The notes beneath the pieces were generated by a model that saw only the letters and a list, made by a program, of their open reading frames with translations, ran no database searches and was not told the DNA's origin. The position numbers were made by a program, and so were the translations under genes. Below, piece by piece: positions 36,655 to 51,600 of a stretch of DNA of 64,000 nucleotides. Position 1 is the stretch's first letter. Each line of letters starts with the position of its first letter. This stretch comes from Macrostomum hystrix (Eukaryota; Animalia; Platyhelminthes): the NCBI GenBank assembly GCA_950097015.1, contig CATNEN010000039.1, positions 2,604,001 through 2,668,000 on the forward strand, in the 5' to 3' direction.

Positions 36655-39600
36655 TCACACGTCCGAGAAGATGACACTCCGAACCGACTCGCCAGCTTCT
36701 GCGACCTCGGCGCCCTCGGCCTCCAGTCGAATCAGGCGTCCCAGCGTGCGCTCGAATCGACTGCCGCGGTCGCTGAGCTTGGCGTTGACGTCTGCGAAGA
36801 TTGCAGCATGGGGGAAATTCAAGTCCAATGCGAGCGTACAACGCAGATTACTAAGAGCTCAGTACCGCATCCCTCTTTCACTGAAACTTATCCCTTATTC
36901 TCATTTTGACTTTCCATACCACGCTAGGGGTGAGTGGCAGAGCGGTCTCACGCGTTTGCCTCTCGCACTAAGGTCCTGAGCTCGATTTCGCGGCGAGGCC
37001 ACATTCATTGGGCTTGTAGTGCAATTTACGCCCTTGATGGCAAACTCCAAGGCAGAGTGAAAGTGTACACTGCCTGACGATGAAAGAGTCACACCTGTGT
37101 ACCCACCTGTGTACCCACCCTGACAGTTGAGCACTCACCCGGGTTGGTCTTGTACATGCTGCTGCGCGCATTGGCCGCACCGTCAAAGCCGAAGAGCTCG
37201 ACCAGTCGCTCCCTGACAAAGTCGACCATTTCAATTTCGTTCTCCTGCAAGTCGGCGTCCCGCTTCACCATGCCGAAGCCCTCGGTGATGAGCGAGATCA
37301 GCAAGTTGATGAACAGGAAGTTCATCACCAGGGTGAACATGGCGAAGATGCCGCTGGCCAGACTGCCGCCCACCGACTGGATGTTCTGGTAGTTGAACTT
37401 GTCTAAAAGAGAGAGAAGTTACACCTAGCCCCGTTGGATCAGATGTTCCACGTACGCAACAAATTATCTCCCATTGGGTTCAGGTTCGAACTCCGGACCT
37501 GTACGTCAGAAGCTCTAAATTCGAACTTGGTCTGTTATCTAAGAGAGGTCACAAAAACAAACGCTTGGACATTGGATGATCCGTGGCAACCCGCGTGAGT
37601 TTAAGGATTGCGAATGACTCAAGAATGTTAAACCAGCTCACTCAGCATGGTGACCAGCAGGGTCTGGACTGTGGCCATCAGGGTGTTGTACTCAGTCAGT
37701 AAGCTGCCCAGAATGAGATATAGCAGGAAGCAGAAGGCCAGGAACAAGATGCTAAACACCAGCATGAAGCCCATGAGACGGCTGCCGATGTACAGCAGCG
37801 TGGAGCCGAACAGGGACAGCTTCCGGTTGAACTGCAGCAGCTTCACCATGCGGGTTGAGTAGAAGAAGACCATCAGGCCCATCAGGTCTGTGAAGCTCTG
37901 GAATTTACACAGATTTCAAATCAATTTTCTTAGTCCACGTACTAAATTTTACGAATAGAATTTCGTGACTCACCTCATCCGTGGCCGCCATATTAGCAAA
38001 GTTGATGAAGCGTCTAACACCGGAGGCTGCAACCTCGCGACTGATGGACCAAGAGATGCACAGCCTGGCCACATAGCAGCACACGGTCGCTAGGGCTAGT
38101 AAGATCAGGAACAGCTCATATTTGTTCCAGAAGGTGCTCAAGACTTTACCGCAGCCGTGCTCCCTGAGCTGGCTGAAGAATCGGTAGCAAAAGTATCCCA
38201 CACCTACTAGAGTGCACACCTCCGCAATGATCACGTGAAGCAGGCGCATCACTGAGTAGTAAAACAAACGCATCACGTTGACGCGAAACGATGGGAACGC
38301 TTTGCCCGTAGTGCTGAACTCTACCACGGACTGGGACACGGCGTACAAATTCGTGTCCTGCTGCAGCAGGGTGAACTCAAGAGCGACAGCTCGAGTTCCA
38401 CCGTCGATCCAGCCGCTGGCATTGAGCGAGTTCACAACGGCAGTGGCAGAATCCAACGAGGCACCCAGCTCGGCCACAAATCCACTGCCAGGATAAGTGG
38501 CCAGGCGTCCCCAGAGCGGGAAGCCGCCAAGGTCCCACCAGCTGTGGTAGACCCAGCAGTCGCCTCCATCGCTTGAAGTGCTCCAGCTGCCAAGGGGTCG
38601 CGTCGCCTCCCGTGGGTCCGAAAACTCAGTTTGACACTCCCTGCGACCGATGAGCCTAGTGAAATGGCTGGCGGCGCAGGGGGCCTGAACGCTGCGCAGC
38701 TGACGCAACCGCGGCGAGCCCAGACGCAGAGCGAAGCCATTGTGCGCCAGGCTTCCGCCTCCTCCGGCGAGACTATTGTAGTAGAGGGCTGGCAGAAGTG
38801 TGGTGTTGACGTAGGCCCAGAAGCTTTTGGAATCGGACACACCGCCAAAAGGAACTGGCTTCGTCCGACCACCGAGCAGTCCAGCGTCCACGAGATTGCG
38901 CACCGTCAGTTGCAGTCGATAAGAGTTCGGGTCGCGACTGCCGTAGGCGGCGATTGACAGTAGGCAGAGGAACAGGAGGTAGGCGACTAGGTCGATCAGA
39001 GCGGACCGGGCCGCGACCGCTCGTTCGTGATTCTCGCGAGCTAGCAGCAGGCTAGTCGGATCAGGAGGATCAGGGATCAATAGATCAAGGTTGGCCGCAG
39101 ATTCTGATGGCTGTCGCCGGTGTTTGGCTGGCTTGGAGCTTATCGTGACGAAACGAGGATCTCGCTGAAGCTCCGCACGCACATCGGGCCGATCGTAGTC
39201 ATCCTCCTCTGGATCAGGCCGACGGGTCAGGAGCGTCGTAACCAGAGCCATCACAAGCAGCTAGGTGGGGTTACAAGAATGGCAAGTTAGAAGTGCCATG
39301 ATTCAATTGTTTTTGCTCGTGCGAACTACAAGAATTAAGTTTGAGTTTAGAACTCACTTTGGCTGGCTGCACCAGCAGAATTGACTGAACCACGGAAACA
39401 AAGAACGAGGCCACCCAGTCGAGCGCCTTCGCCTCTCCGAAGGCTCCAGCAAATTCAATGGTAAAGTAAAAGCACAGCCCCACGCTGACAGAGCTAACTG
39501 CGTAGCCCACAATGATACACCACCAGGGAAGAGAGACTCGCCGCTTGAACCACTTCTTGTTCGCTTGGAGACTTTCTTCGTAGCGCAGCTGCCGCAGCTG

Positions 39601-42600
39601 CTCGAAATCCTCGGCGTTTAGTCGGGGACGCGAGTAGCGAAACAGGCCCACTATGAGCAAGTTGACAGGCAGCACAAGAAGTGTTGAAATCACAGCCACA
39701 TAAAGCTGCTGCAAGGTGAAGGTGACGGGGCCAATCTGCAGAGTAGGACCGTTGGATGAGCTTGTGCCGTAAAACGCAATGCTGGCGAGCATTGTGCAGC
39801 ACAGAACTGTCAGGCAGCAGGTGAGGCGCTGAACTCGAGTAAACCGGCTGCTGGGTGGCCGGTAGAAGACAGACAACCAGAGGTGATCGTCGGCCAGCTT
39901 CCTACGCGACGCCTGCATGAACAGAGGTCGCGAGTTCGATTGCTCGCTGCTGCTGGCCACCGGGATGACCTGGTCAACGCGGCCGTCGCCAAACTCAGCG
40001 GCGAACCAGCGCTCCGCCAGGAAGAAGCTGAGTTCGTCTGTCTGCAGATCTTTGACGACTAATTTGCTCAGGTACCAAGCGGGGTTTGAACCCGTATTGT
40101 CGTGCCACAGTCGGATTGTAAGAATGTCGCCCAGACTCTGCGGGCAGGTCAGCAGATAGGAGTTCACGTCGCCTGTTCGCAGAGCTGGTCGATAGGGATC
40201 AGCCAGACGCCTCGGCCCCGTGTCGCCCTTGGTGCCGTACATGATAAAAAACACGTTGGCCGTTGTGCCGCTGTTTGGCTTGAAGCCGGTGCACACGGCC
40301 ATGCGGTAGGTGAATGCGTCACCGAACTCGTTGTCTGGGAGGGGAACTGAACCGGCCTGGCAGGGTCAGAAAGTTAATTTTGTTATATCTACCTGTTCAA
40401 GGACTCTCAATTCTAACAAAATGAATTCCTTATTAAGTTCCCTTCCCTTCTCAACTACTTACCAACTCGAGGTCCGTGCAGTCCCGCCTTCTAGCCCAGA
40501 TGAGGATAATAAAGTAGAGGCAAAATATGGTCAGGAAGGTGGCAAACACGACCGGGTTAGTGTCCAGCTTCAGGAATGCACTGTTCGTTACGTCGATCTC
40601 ATTCATTGGGACATAAAACTGACTGACAAAGTCAGTCAGGTGATTGCATTTGCACACCGTAGCTGTCAGGTGACTTTCGTTGACAGCGTGGCAACCATCG
40701 GTGCTCCAGGCGCTGATTTCAGTGTTCCAGTAGCTGCACACCGATGTGACTATGTACAGAGCGAAGTCAACTGCCACAGGATTTCCCGGCGCAATCGCTT
40801 GCAGGTTGAGAGCTGCGAAGGAAAAGAAGAAACTGGAAGTCCAGACTGAGACAGATTTTTAGCACTCTCGCCTTCACGATTTTTGCACTCTCTCACCCAA
40901 GTCCTGCGGGCTGGTGACATTCAGGGGCTTCCAGCTGTTGGCTTCAAACGCCCTGACAGTATAGAATAGCTTCTGGCTGGTGTTGCTGACCAGAGTGCAG
41001 GTCCACGCGTCCAGGCTGTCGACAGATTCTCGCGGCCTGGGAAGCACGCACATGTGATTGAAAGCGTCGAAAGAGGGCCGATCGTTGTAGCCGAACAGGA
41101 CCACGAGTCTGAAGTGTCAAGCTGACATCGAGTAACTGCGACAAGTCTCATACATGAGCTCTTATTAGTACTGATCTTCCGTCTCTATGCAGAATGCTAC
41201 CTGCTAATCAGTTCAAAATCTCCTGCTTGATATCAGTCTCCACCAGAGTAATCAACTGAGCTCCTGTTAACGAAGCATTTCTAGGCGACAATCGAAACCA
41301 CAGACTAATGCTCTGACTCTTGAGCATGAAAGCTCATGGAAACAAATGTACTTACTGGAAAGTAATGTTGCCATAGTGACTGGTATTAACGCTGGCAATA
41401 AAGTGCATCGCCGTATCCGGAATGAAGACTGTAGTGAAGAACTCGGACATGCTGTTTCCTGCGTTTGTCCTGGTGTGCTGTACCAGGTGCTTCTGAAAAT
41501 AGTCGGCATCTTGAGTCTTGTACGAGTAGATTGCTACTGACAAAAAATGAGCCTGTCATTGTGAAGCTTTCTCTACTCATTTTTTTTGAAAGTGCTAAAA
41601 TCAGTTGTGCGAGATAAACTTAATAAATGTCTTGTCAATGTCTTTATTTCTCACTAAACTACGAGTACTATCAGTAAGCCATCTCGTCATAGATGGTTCT
41701 CAGACTCACAGAAAAGTCATGCGGTGCATTGCGAATGCTCAGCGTGAAGAATTGCTGATTGGAGAGATTCGCCACCCGCTTCTCGACCCCGTCAACCAGG
41801 AGCCGGACGCCAAGCACATTGCTCAGGCCCGTGATTGTTCGATTCTCAGAGAACGCGGCCTCCATTTCAGAGTCGTTGGAGGCCACCGGGAAATAGCTGG
41901 TGAAATTGTACTCAGGAACCAGCAGCTCCACAGTCATGTCGCTGAACTCGCAGGTGGCGTTGGTGTCATTGCATCCGGGATTCAATTGAAAAATAGACAC
42001 AGCGTCTGGCATTACCACGGAACTGCTCAGAGCGGCGTCGGGTACGCGCAGGTCTGTGAGGTTCCTAGTGAACTGGCGGGCCACAGTCAGCTGGCTGCTG
42101 CTCGAGCGGATTGTCAGTGGCTTCTCTCCGATCACGGTGGCGAGGCGCAACAGCGTGGTGACGCAAGTCTCGACCGTCAGGGTCATGTTGTTCATCAGAT
42201 TCTGGAGAATGCATTGTAGGATTCATGTAGGAGGTGAGTAAAATGTGACCTGAAAATTATTTCATTTTTACCGATTTCGCAGACCCCTGGGCACACTCAC
42301 ACAGATAGAGTACGCAGGCACACGCTCACACAGGGTGTGTACATCTTCCCTGACTTCCTAATTGTCAAGCAGTGTACACATGGAGGTTGGCCCTCAAGGG
42401 CTTAAATTGCACGACAAGCCCCCAAGACTTCACTCAGCGGTTGTGTCCCGAATGAGTGTGGCCTCCGCAGAATCAAGCTCAGAGACCTTGGTGCGAAAGG
42501 CAGACACGTAAACGCTCTGTCACTCGCCGCCTCATATCGAGCTCACTCAAAAGATTCGGATTGTTAAAAATTTTATGTTGCAAGAGACAAGACAAGGGGG

Positions 42601-45600
42601 CGACAAGAGAATCCACGCATCTCACCTGACTGGCTGCCACGGAGACGAAGTCTCTGCAGATGCTGGCAGAGTGTGCGCCGCTTGAGTTGCCGCCATTAGA
42701 CAGCAGGCAGAACTTTGTGAGCTCTGAGAGCGCTGTCTTATAACTGTCTGCAATCAATGTCAGTGCTTGCACTTCACAATGCACAGCAAATCTAATTCTA
42801 TTTGACTCTTCGGAGCTCAGCTTACCACCGAGGGAGTGAATGGAAGTCGCGAGCTCCATGATCATCTCGAAGCTGTCAATATTCCTTTTGACGCCGCCAC
42901 TGCTACCGCCGCTCTGAAGGGCTAGGTCCCGCGCTCGCGCGCACAACAGTTCGGTGAACTCGCCAAGCCGCCTGATTGTGGGCAGGCTGAGTACCATTCT
43001 CACCTGGCTGAGCTGGACTGCCAGTGAAGCGGCCAGCGGCAGCTGCTCTGTGCGGTCCGTGGCGTTGGACAGGATGCTCAGCAAGTCGACGACCATCTGA
43101 AAGTTGAGTCGATGAGAATTCAATGCTTGCTATGCAAATTTTCGGGAGTATCTCAGTAAGAATGGAAGTCATCTGCTGGCAAAAAAACGATTTAAACCAA
43201 TTTTTGGTCACCAGGGAGGGGGTGAGGTGCACACGTTTACCCCGTGCAACAAGATACCTGAGCTCGTATTTAGACACGGATGCGAAGAGAAAGCTTTGGG
43301 TGGGTTTCGTGCAACTAACGCACGTCACTGCAAAGGCACAGTGAGATTGTACACTGCCTGACGATGAGGTCAGGGCAGATGTACAGTCTGAGTGTGTGCC
43401 TGCTTAAGGGGTCTGTGTGCAAGTGCCAAAGCCCTCCTTTAAATCTAATATACGAGCTAACATAGATAGGGCGCCGGATATCTCACAGAGTTACTCGTCG
43501 CCACAATGTTTGCAGTCCCTGAGCTAAGCACAGCGGAGCTCAAGCAGCCAACATGACGGGAAAAGCTGCTAGAAAACTGGCCACCGATGTTGATGGACAA
43601 GGAGTCCTCTAGAGGCTCCGCATCGTTCAAGACAGTCATCAGGTCATTGAAGAACGCGCAGGCGCTTATATTCTTTGTTGCGGTCAGGTGGACGCTGAAG
43701 TGAAGTGTGGTTGAGGCCCCGTAGCTGTCCATCACCTGCAGCTGAAGTTGAGTCTGCTGCCCATTAGCTGAAGAGTCGGACTGAGCGGTTGATGCAAGGT
43801 AGAAGAACTGCGGCAGTTTGTAGTCTTGGTAGATCCATGTGACGACGCCTTTTGAGTCTGCCGTGGTCCAGCCGAGACGGTACTCCAGCTTTGATGCACC
43901 GTCATCGTCAGTGAAGCTCGCGTTCGTGCAGTTGATGGAGAACGGCGTCACCAGAGCCATACCGGAGCTGGGCCACACGGAGCAGTTGCCGACGACCTTG
44001 GGTGGCGAGTTGACTTGGAAGCGCAGAAAGCTGGTGCCCCTGGCCGTCGAGCCGCTCTTGTGGCACTGCACAATGACGACCACTGACCGCTGCGAGCTCA
44101 TGGCTAAGCCATTGCCGTTCAGAGCGAAGTTCTCTTCACTGAAGCCAGTGGTTGAAGACTCGTCAAGAGTGATTGCCTCGTCAAGAGTGAGTTCTTGCAG
44201 CAGTGACGTGCCTGACCCGGAGCTCGAGTTTCTGTCCGTGTAGTTCACGCTCCACCTGAATTATTAATTAAAATGAAAGAAAAACAAAAACAGGACCAAT
44301 ACCAACAAAAAATTAAAATAAAAAACTAGGTGTGTTGTATTAACACGTTTTTTGGGGGGGCTCGGTGGCAGAGCGGTTAACGCGTTTGCCACTCGCACCA
44401 AGGTCCCTAAGTACGATTCCACGGCGAGGCCACATTTATTTGGAGTGCAGCCGCGGAGAGAAGGCTTGGAGGCTTGTCGTGCAATTTATGCACTTGAAGG
44501 CCAACCTCTAAGGCACAGTGAAATGTACACAGCCTGACGATGAGAAAGTCAGGGCAGATGTACACACCTGTGTGAGTGTGTGCCTGTGTACAGAATCTGT
44601 GTGCGTGTGTGCTCAGGAGTCAGCGAAATGAGCAGAATTGCCTCCTCGCTGGCTGTGGGTCTAGTGTTACTTAATGATGTGCCATTGCCCGCAGCCCTCA
44701 CGCAATTATTATATGATTATTCTTGTTAAAACGTTTATGAAACTTCAAGGCTACTCACTGGCACCGGTACACGTAGGCTCTGTCACGGTTGCTAATGAAG
44801 CTTTGTAGGGCGAGCTTATTGGGTCTGTTGAAGTAGTACACTCCTGTTGTTTTGTTGACAATGCAGTTCGTAATACACCTGAAATGACAAAGGAAATACA
44901 TGCGCAATATCGTAGCTATTTATAGTCTTGCGTTGAAGAGAGCTTTAGAAAGAGTCTCACCTGATGGTCACAATCGGTGGGTTATTGTCCACTGCCTCAA
45001 TCAGCTGCATGCCAACCCCATATCGGCTGTCCTTCTTGGCGAACGCCATGATGTACACCTCGGTTCGCTCCTTCAGTCGGTCAGGCGTCAGCTGCCAGCT
45101 CTCCCCGGCTGTGGATGAAAGCCATATTGTTATCACTAACTGTTGGCATTTTAACTCGACTTAAAAATCTAGATCGGCTGGCGAGAAGGAAAAATGATCC
45201 TTGACTTCCAGCAGGCCCGGTAAACCCAATATGAGCACACCAATCATCCATACAGTCTACAATTTTATCACAGAAGCAAATAGAAAGCCACTAACTTGCT
45301 CCGACGATCTCGTTGGTGCTGAGGTCCATGTCGGATTGTGCTTCGACTTTGAAGCAATTAAGCGAATCACCCAATTCGGCGCTCTGCATTTTGCGCACGA
45401 TGACATCCACCAGGCGACATTGTTCCACTGCGTCGGTCCTGAGCGCCAGGCCGCCGTCTCTGTCCACCGCAAAGTCTTCCGCAAGTGCACAGCGTCTGTA
45501 GCAGCGCCACTGTGTCGTGACCCCATTCCACCTGTTTGTCTCGTTTGTATCCGGGTCGAACATGCTCAGCTGAAGCCGGTGCTTTTTGGAGTCCCACGGC

Positions 45601-48600
45601 AGCTGCCACTGAGCTCGAGGATCACGAGGCGTGTTCAGCCTGGCCTCTAGTGGAGTGCCATCAATGTGGACATAGACGCTGATGTTTGCGTTGACGTTTG
45701 CTTCTTCGAGCATGACAACGGTTGCGTCGAAGCGGTAAACACCATGCGGCAGCTGTCTGGGATTTACCGTGAGCAGAGACTGATTGAAGACGAAGCCAGT
45801 AGCGCCGATGGTCATTGCCAGTTTGGCTTCACCTGCGATGGCTGCCTGTCGAATGTCGTCGGTGTTGAGCTTGTAGATTGCTAGCTTCGCGAAGGCTGTC
45901 TCGCTGGTGCTGCAGTTCAGAGCAGCGATAACTACAAGCTGTGTCTGGCGGGCGAAAAAACTAACAAATATCGGCTCGTTTGGCGGACATCCCCGACATC
46001 CAACAATGGCCTTGGGCATTGTGACTGACAGCACTGGTGGATAGCAGACACCTCCAATTATAATAAACTTTTTCACACCTCCGAGCTGGTTAACTCTGGT
46101 TCTGGCAATAAATACTGCCATCAGTTCATTAGGAGCGCGGAACAGCAGACTAATGCTGGTTGTGCCACTTGGGCTGAGCGCAAGTCTTGTGCCATTCAAC
46201 TCCAGGTGCGTCAATGGAAACAGGCTGTCACAGTTCGCCAAAGTCCCAACATAATAAACAAACTTTAGATTAGGTGGCATCAGAAACTGCACCACTATAC
46301 ACCCCTCAGCTGGAAACGTAGGATCTGTAACCAGGTGAAATAGGTGAGTGTAGTTTGATAGGATGTAGATGCCCTGGTTGTTGAAGAACCATATTCCTCC
46401 CAGGTACAGGTCTAAAGTCGCAAACGCCTGTCGCACTGGAACGCTGAAGTTCAGCACTTTGGCTCCAACCCGATTTTCGACAGAGAAAAACAGCCGCAAC
46501 TCGCCAATCGCAAACGAAGCATTCTTGCTGATTTCTGTGGCGGACTCAAACGTGTCCGTCACGCGATCGCCCACCGTGAGCTCGTAGGAAAATATTGTAG
46601 AATAACTACTGCCGCCATCGATTACTCCCACAAGAGCGATCTCCGTGTTGCTGGGCAGCGCACTATTAGTGAAGTTTTCTGTCAGCGAGACGTTGTGAAC
46701 TCCGTCCGCAAGCAGAAAAATCGCGCGCACATCGATCGAGGCAATCTTCGTGAAGACGTGATGCACGAATGCGTATGACCAGTTGGACAGGAGGTTATGC
46801 GCATGGAGTGAAATATTGTAGATCCCGTGCTGACAAAAACTGATGCCGATGGCGGTGCAGTTGATGTAGTCAGCGTCAACATTAGCGGCCGAGTCGCACG
46901 CCATTGGCACAGTGCGCGAAGCTGGCATAGAGTTGCAGGTTAGGGGAGTGCTGGCGTTTTCGTCCGAATTCGTCATCTTGATTCTCAGTGACGCGTTGGT
47001 CGGGTTGTAGGCCATGCTGCGATGCCTCAACAGGCTGAACTTGACATTGACATGGCTTGACAGAAGTGCTGTGAAGGCCTCATGCGGCAGCACTGAGGCC
47101 ATGCACCACAGGGGCCATTGCACTGTCACAGAACCATGCAGCGCGACGGAAAGCTTCGTCACATTGTTAACAGCCGTCACTGAGGGTAAAAACACGCCCT
47201 CAGTTGGGTAATTGAAATTGCCGATTAACACGGATGGTTGGTTACTCAGGCCGAAGCCCTGAACGCTGGTTGGCAACCTGGCGAGTCCGTAGTGGTACCA
47301 GCTCAAAGTGCCCTGACCTGAGCTGGTGGTTGCGATGCAGCTCAGCTGGTGGCCGACCTCTAGAAGCGCGGGACTGCAGTTGAAGGTCAGGTTGGAAATC
47401 TGCTGCTGGACTATCACAGTTGCCAGGAGATTCGCTCTGCTAACCGGATTCCACAGGGTCACATTCACTGGATAAACTCCTTCAGCAGAATAGTTGTGAT
47501 ACAGAAACTGTGTGGCCAGGTAGCTCAGCTGAAAGTTCTCAGACTCGATTCTTGTGCGATCGCCGTAATCCACAATCCAAGTCGCGTTGGTTAGGTCCAC
47601 TTCAGCGATGCTGCTATTTCTCCCATAATGGATCTTAACGATGGCGAAAGAGGGAAACTGGTCTCCAATCTTTCTGTAGCGCAAGGAGCTTCCGGTTGTG
47701 AGGCCATCCACGGTACTGTTGTCGAGTGTTGCATTTTCCACCTCCGGCGCAACGGTGACATATTCGACAACAAAAATTGGCGTTCCGCCGGCGAATGGAA
47801 TGTAGGAGAAAACTTGCAGCTCGATGTCATCCAGAGGCACCATAAAAGCCAGCGTCAGGTTCGCCGCATGAATTTTCGTAACCTTACTTAAGCACTGGCA
47901 TGCGAAGACGTTGTTGCCCTCCGTGACAAGCTTGTGTGTGAAGTTGTGCGCCTTCACATAGGATGAATTGCCCATCAGCTTCTTGCTAAAACTTATCAGA
48001 TTTTGGTTCTTGTCTGACAGAATCCAGCAGGTCAGCAGAGGGTCTGTGGTTCTGGTGAGCCGCACTGAGATCAGCATTGACTGGTGAGTTCGATAAAGCC
48101 CTCGTGATGGCGGGTAGGCCAGGGGCGCTACTGTCATGCTGATGTCGTTCTCTGTTAAAATATGCAGTGCTTCAAACTGACAGCTTCCGTTCAAACTATT
48201 CAGCACATTTGCCAGCCGGAACTCCAAAGAGTAGTTGCCAGGCAGCTCAATGTGATTGCTCGCAACGAAGTAGGTCCCGTTGGTTATGGGAATCCAGGCT
48301 TCGGTGAGGTTCCAGCCAGTCTGGCTTCCCTCCAGAATTTGCGAATCTAGCAGTACAAAAAAGGTGAACGAGGACAGAACCTGCAGATTCTCGAGCAGTA
48401 GCGGGACAGTCAGGTTCGATCCTACCTCCACTACACCTGGAATGACCGAGCAGTCCACCTCTAATCGGAATTGCGGCTCCGGAAAGAACACAGCAAACTG
48501 TTTCACAACACTGCTGACTGCATTGGACAAGGTGATCGCTATTTGCCTAGTGTAGCCAACGTCGGAGTATTCAAATTGAAATGCGCGGTCAAATTCGAAT

Positions 48601-51600
48601 AAAGATGACGATGCTGAGTCTGAAAATTTAGAAGCGAATTGAGTAGCGGCGAATGGAAAAAAGAAGTTATAAAATGCGGCTCACTTGGATCGAATCCGTA
48701 CAGAACTCCTGGCAGAAGTACGTTCTCAGTTTTTATTTCAGGCGAAGCACTTTCCACATATTTAATTGTTGTTAGGTTGATGTTGCTTCCTGAAAGGTGA
48801 AAACAGAAAATATATAAGCTACACCTAATCCACTTGGCCAGTGGAACAGCTGCGGGGTGAACCAAATCGTCTTAGTCAGGAACATATTTTTTCCAATAGC
48901 TGAGATTCGAACTCCCGACTCTCGTTGGTCAGAAGTCCGAAGCCTTAAATAATGGCTACAGCGTCACCCGAAATACATGTGACTTAGTCATTGCGGTAAG
49001 GCTGTGAGTGCATCTTTATCTGCGCCAATGAGAGCCTAACTTGACTCAGGGAGTCTGACAAATGGGTAAGATTAAATCCCGCCGAGCTACGTAGCCATGC
49101 TTATCATACCAGAAAAAATGCTGATCGAACAGTTTAGAGTCATCTTGTAGTGAAACGGCTTCGTCTCAGGACAAAATAGTGTGGCGTTGATGACGTCATT
49201 GATATTTACTTTGAACTGGAAAGAGGTAAACTTGAATGTGAATGCGATCTGAGAATGTGTCAGTTTACAGAGGGCAGACAGATCCGATTTCACTCACCAA
49301 CAAACTTTTCCGAATGGGAATGGCCAGCAGGCCCGCACCGGAAGTTGCGGTAATGATCACTTCGTATCGGGCCGGAAACTCGAACTGCAGCGAGAAGGAG
49401 CGGCTGCTGAGGTTTTGCTGCGAATAGCGAGTACCGTACTCCGATGAGACCTGGTAGCCGAACTGCACAAACTGCCTGAGAACTTCAGGCGTGTCAGTCA
49501 GGCTGACGGTCAGGGTCTCAGGGATGCCCCGATAGGTCAGGTCCGTCTGGAGGCCGGCCGCCTGCATCTCATACTCCATCTGATAGTAGGTGATATTCCT
49601 ACGGATGCTGATGTTGCTGACTGAGTTCACAACTGAACAGGTGAGAACCAACGGCAGGCTCGAGCGATTATCGCTCACCGAGAGAGTGAAAACCAAGTCG
49701 GAAACCATCACAACCTGGACGCTTCCGGGACTTCCTAAGTTGTCAGGCGCCACCGCCGCGCAGCTGGTGCTGAAGTTCGAACCCCCGGAGACCAGCAGCT
49801 TGAAGCTGCTAATCAGATTCCGATGCACGGCCTGACTGTCCCGCGGGTCGGTGAGGTTGACCACCGCTTCAGGCAGCGGAGGCGGCTGGCGGAACGTGTA
49901 CTGAAGCCCGACACCAGACACGGGAAGGTCAACCATCACAACCATCGTTTTACTTTCCGTTCGCAATCTCAGTCCCGAGGGTGAGGCCTGGGGCGCATAG
50001 TAGGTCACGGATGCTTGCACCTGAAATCTGCCAACCCCTGTGTAGCCGTGGCTCAGCGCCACCTCAGCAGTGAAGTTGCCGCTCTGCATTCGGACGAGCA
50101 GCTGAGCCGTAGCAGCGGTAGGACCGGCGGTCAGAGACATCCCGGTGGGGCTTAAGATGCAGTTTGAGCACAGCAGCTCCAGGCTGAACAGGCCTGCGAT
50201 GCTGCAGTTGTCGGGCAGCACTGGAAGCGAGGCCAGAATCATTATAGAGAGTACCTTACACAGGAACAGGTAATAGGCAGTTTGCTAACAGTTTCTATGT
50301 GGCCAACACAGCACGTCACAGTAGCCATGTACACTGCCTGGACGTACACACCTGTTTGAGTCAGTGCCTGCGTACGTAGCTATGTGAGTGTGTGAGTTTG
50401 CCTACTCGCAGCCCGCAATTTGAGAGTGCACGGCCCCCTACCAGCATTATGGCTAGCTGTTCCGTCCCCTGGACCATCTCACCCAGCGTTCTGTTGACCG
50501 TCGAGCCGTCACCGAAGCTGACATTCAACACCAGGTCGGGCAGTAGGCGAAACTCCGCGGTCGAGGAGCCGTCGACTGGACCCAGTCTGCGGCTGGCGCC
50601 GGCGTCGCAGTTGACAGGGAGGTCCTCCAGCTGCGCCCTGGCCGACCAGCGGCCCAGAACGGGTGCGGCGACTTCACTCAGCTGACTGTCGAGGATGACG
50701 CCGGCCGAGGCGTTTAGCAGGGCGAGGCGGATACGAACTCCGGGCTGCGACAGGCGGGCGATGCCGGACGAGCCACCCGCACCGGCGACGCTGTTGGCGA
50801 TGGACAGGACTAGCTGGGTGACGTTGGCGACCATCTCAGGAGACACGTCTGGTTGGGAGTTGCATGAGTAGGGAAACCGACTGTTGATTACAAATCTTCA
50901 TTATGAAAGCACTTTCCGATGCGGGAGCATTGGGAATTGACTTTGTGAGTATCTTATTGTGTGGTGATCTGACTGTAAGGGGATCTGCGTGCGGGGATTT
51001 GGGTGTGGGGATCTGAGTGTTGGGATCTAAGTTTGGGGATCTAAGTGTGGGATCTAAGTGTGGGGATCTGAGTATGGGGATCTGGGTGCGGGGATCTGGG
51101 TGTGGGGATCTAAGTGTTGGGATCTAAGTATGCGGATCTGGGTGCTGGGATCTGGGTGCGGGGATTTGGGTGTGGGGATCTAAGTGTGGGGATCTAAGTG
51201 TGGGTATCTGAGTATGGGGATCTGAGTGTGGGATCGAAGTATGGGATCGAAGTATGGGATCTGGGTGTGAGGATCTGACAGAGTGGGATCTGAGTGTGGG
51301 CACTGTGGGGATCTGTATCTAGTGATCGTTAAACTCGAGGTGCTGTTGTCCTCACCCAAGCCGACTCGCCACTGCAGAGCTGGTCCTCCGGCCGCGGGCT
51401 CGAGCAGCTCCAGGCTGAGGTTGGCGGTCAGCGAGCAGCTGGTGGACATGCTGACTGTCAGCGCTGATTTGGCCAGCCGAAGCTCGGCGTCGGGGCAGCA
51501 GGCGGCCACGAGGGTCTCGGTGAGCCTGCAGCAGCTGCCGGTGCCTGATCGAACCAGCGCCAACTGCCAGGTTTGGTGCGTAGCGTTCGTGCTTAGCAAC

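Noticed and set aside
44352-44432. Possible tRNA gene
   Set aside because: A and B boxes are present but there is no proper cloverleaf, and it continues into a repeated SINE body.
44528-44560. Hammerhead-ribozyme-like words CTGACGA...GAAA.GTC in the SINE hairpin
   Set aside because: No stem II or stem III can form and stem I does not close at the cleavage site; a simple hairpin explains it. It also lacks SECIS geometry.
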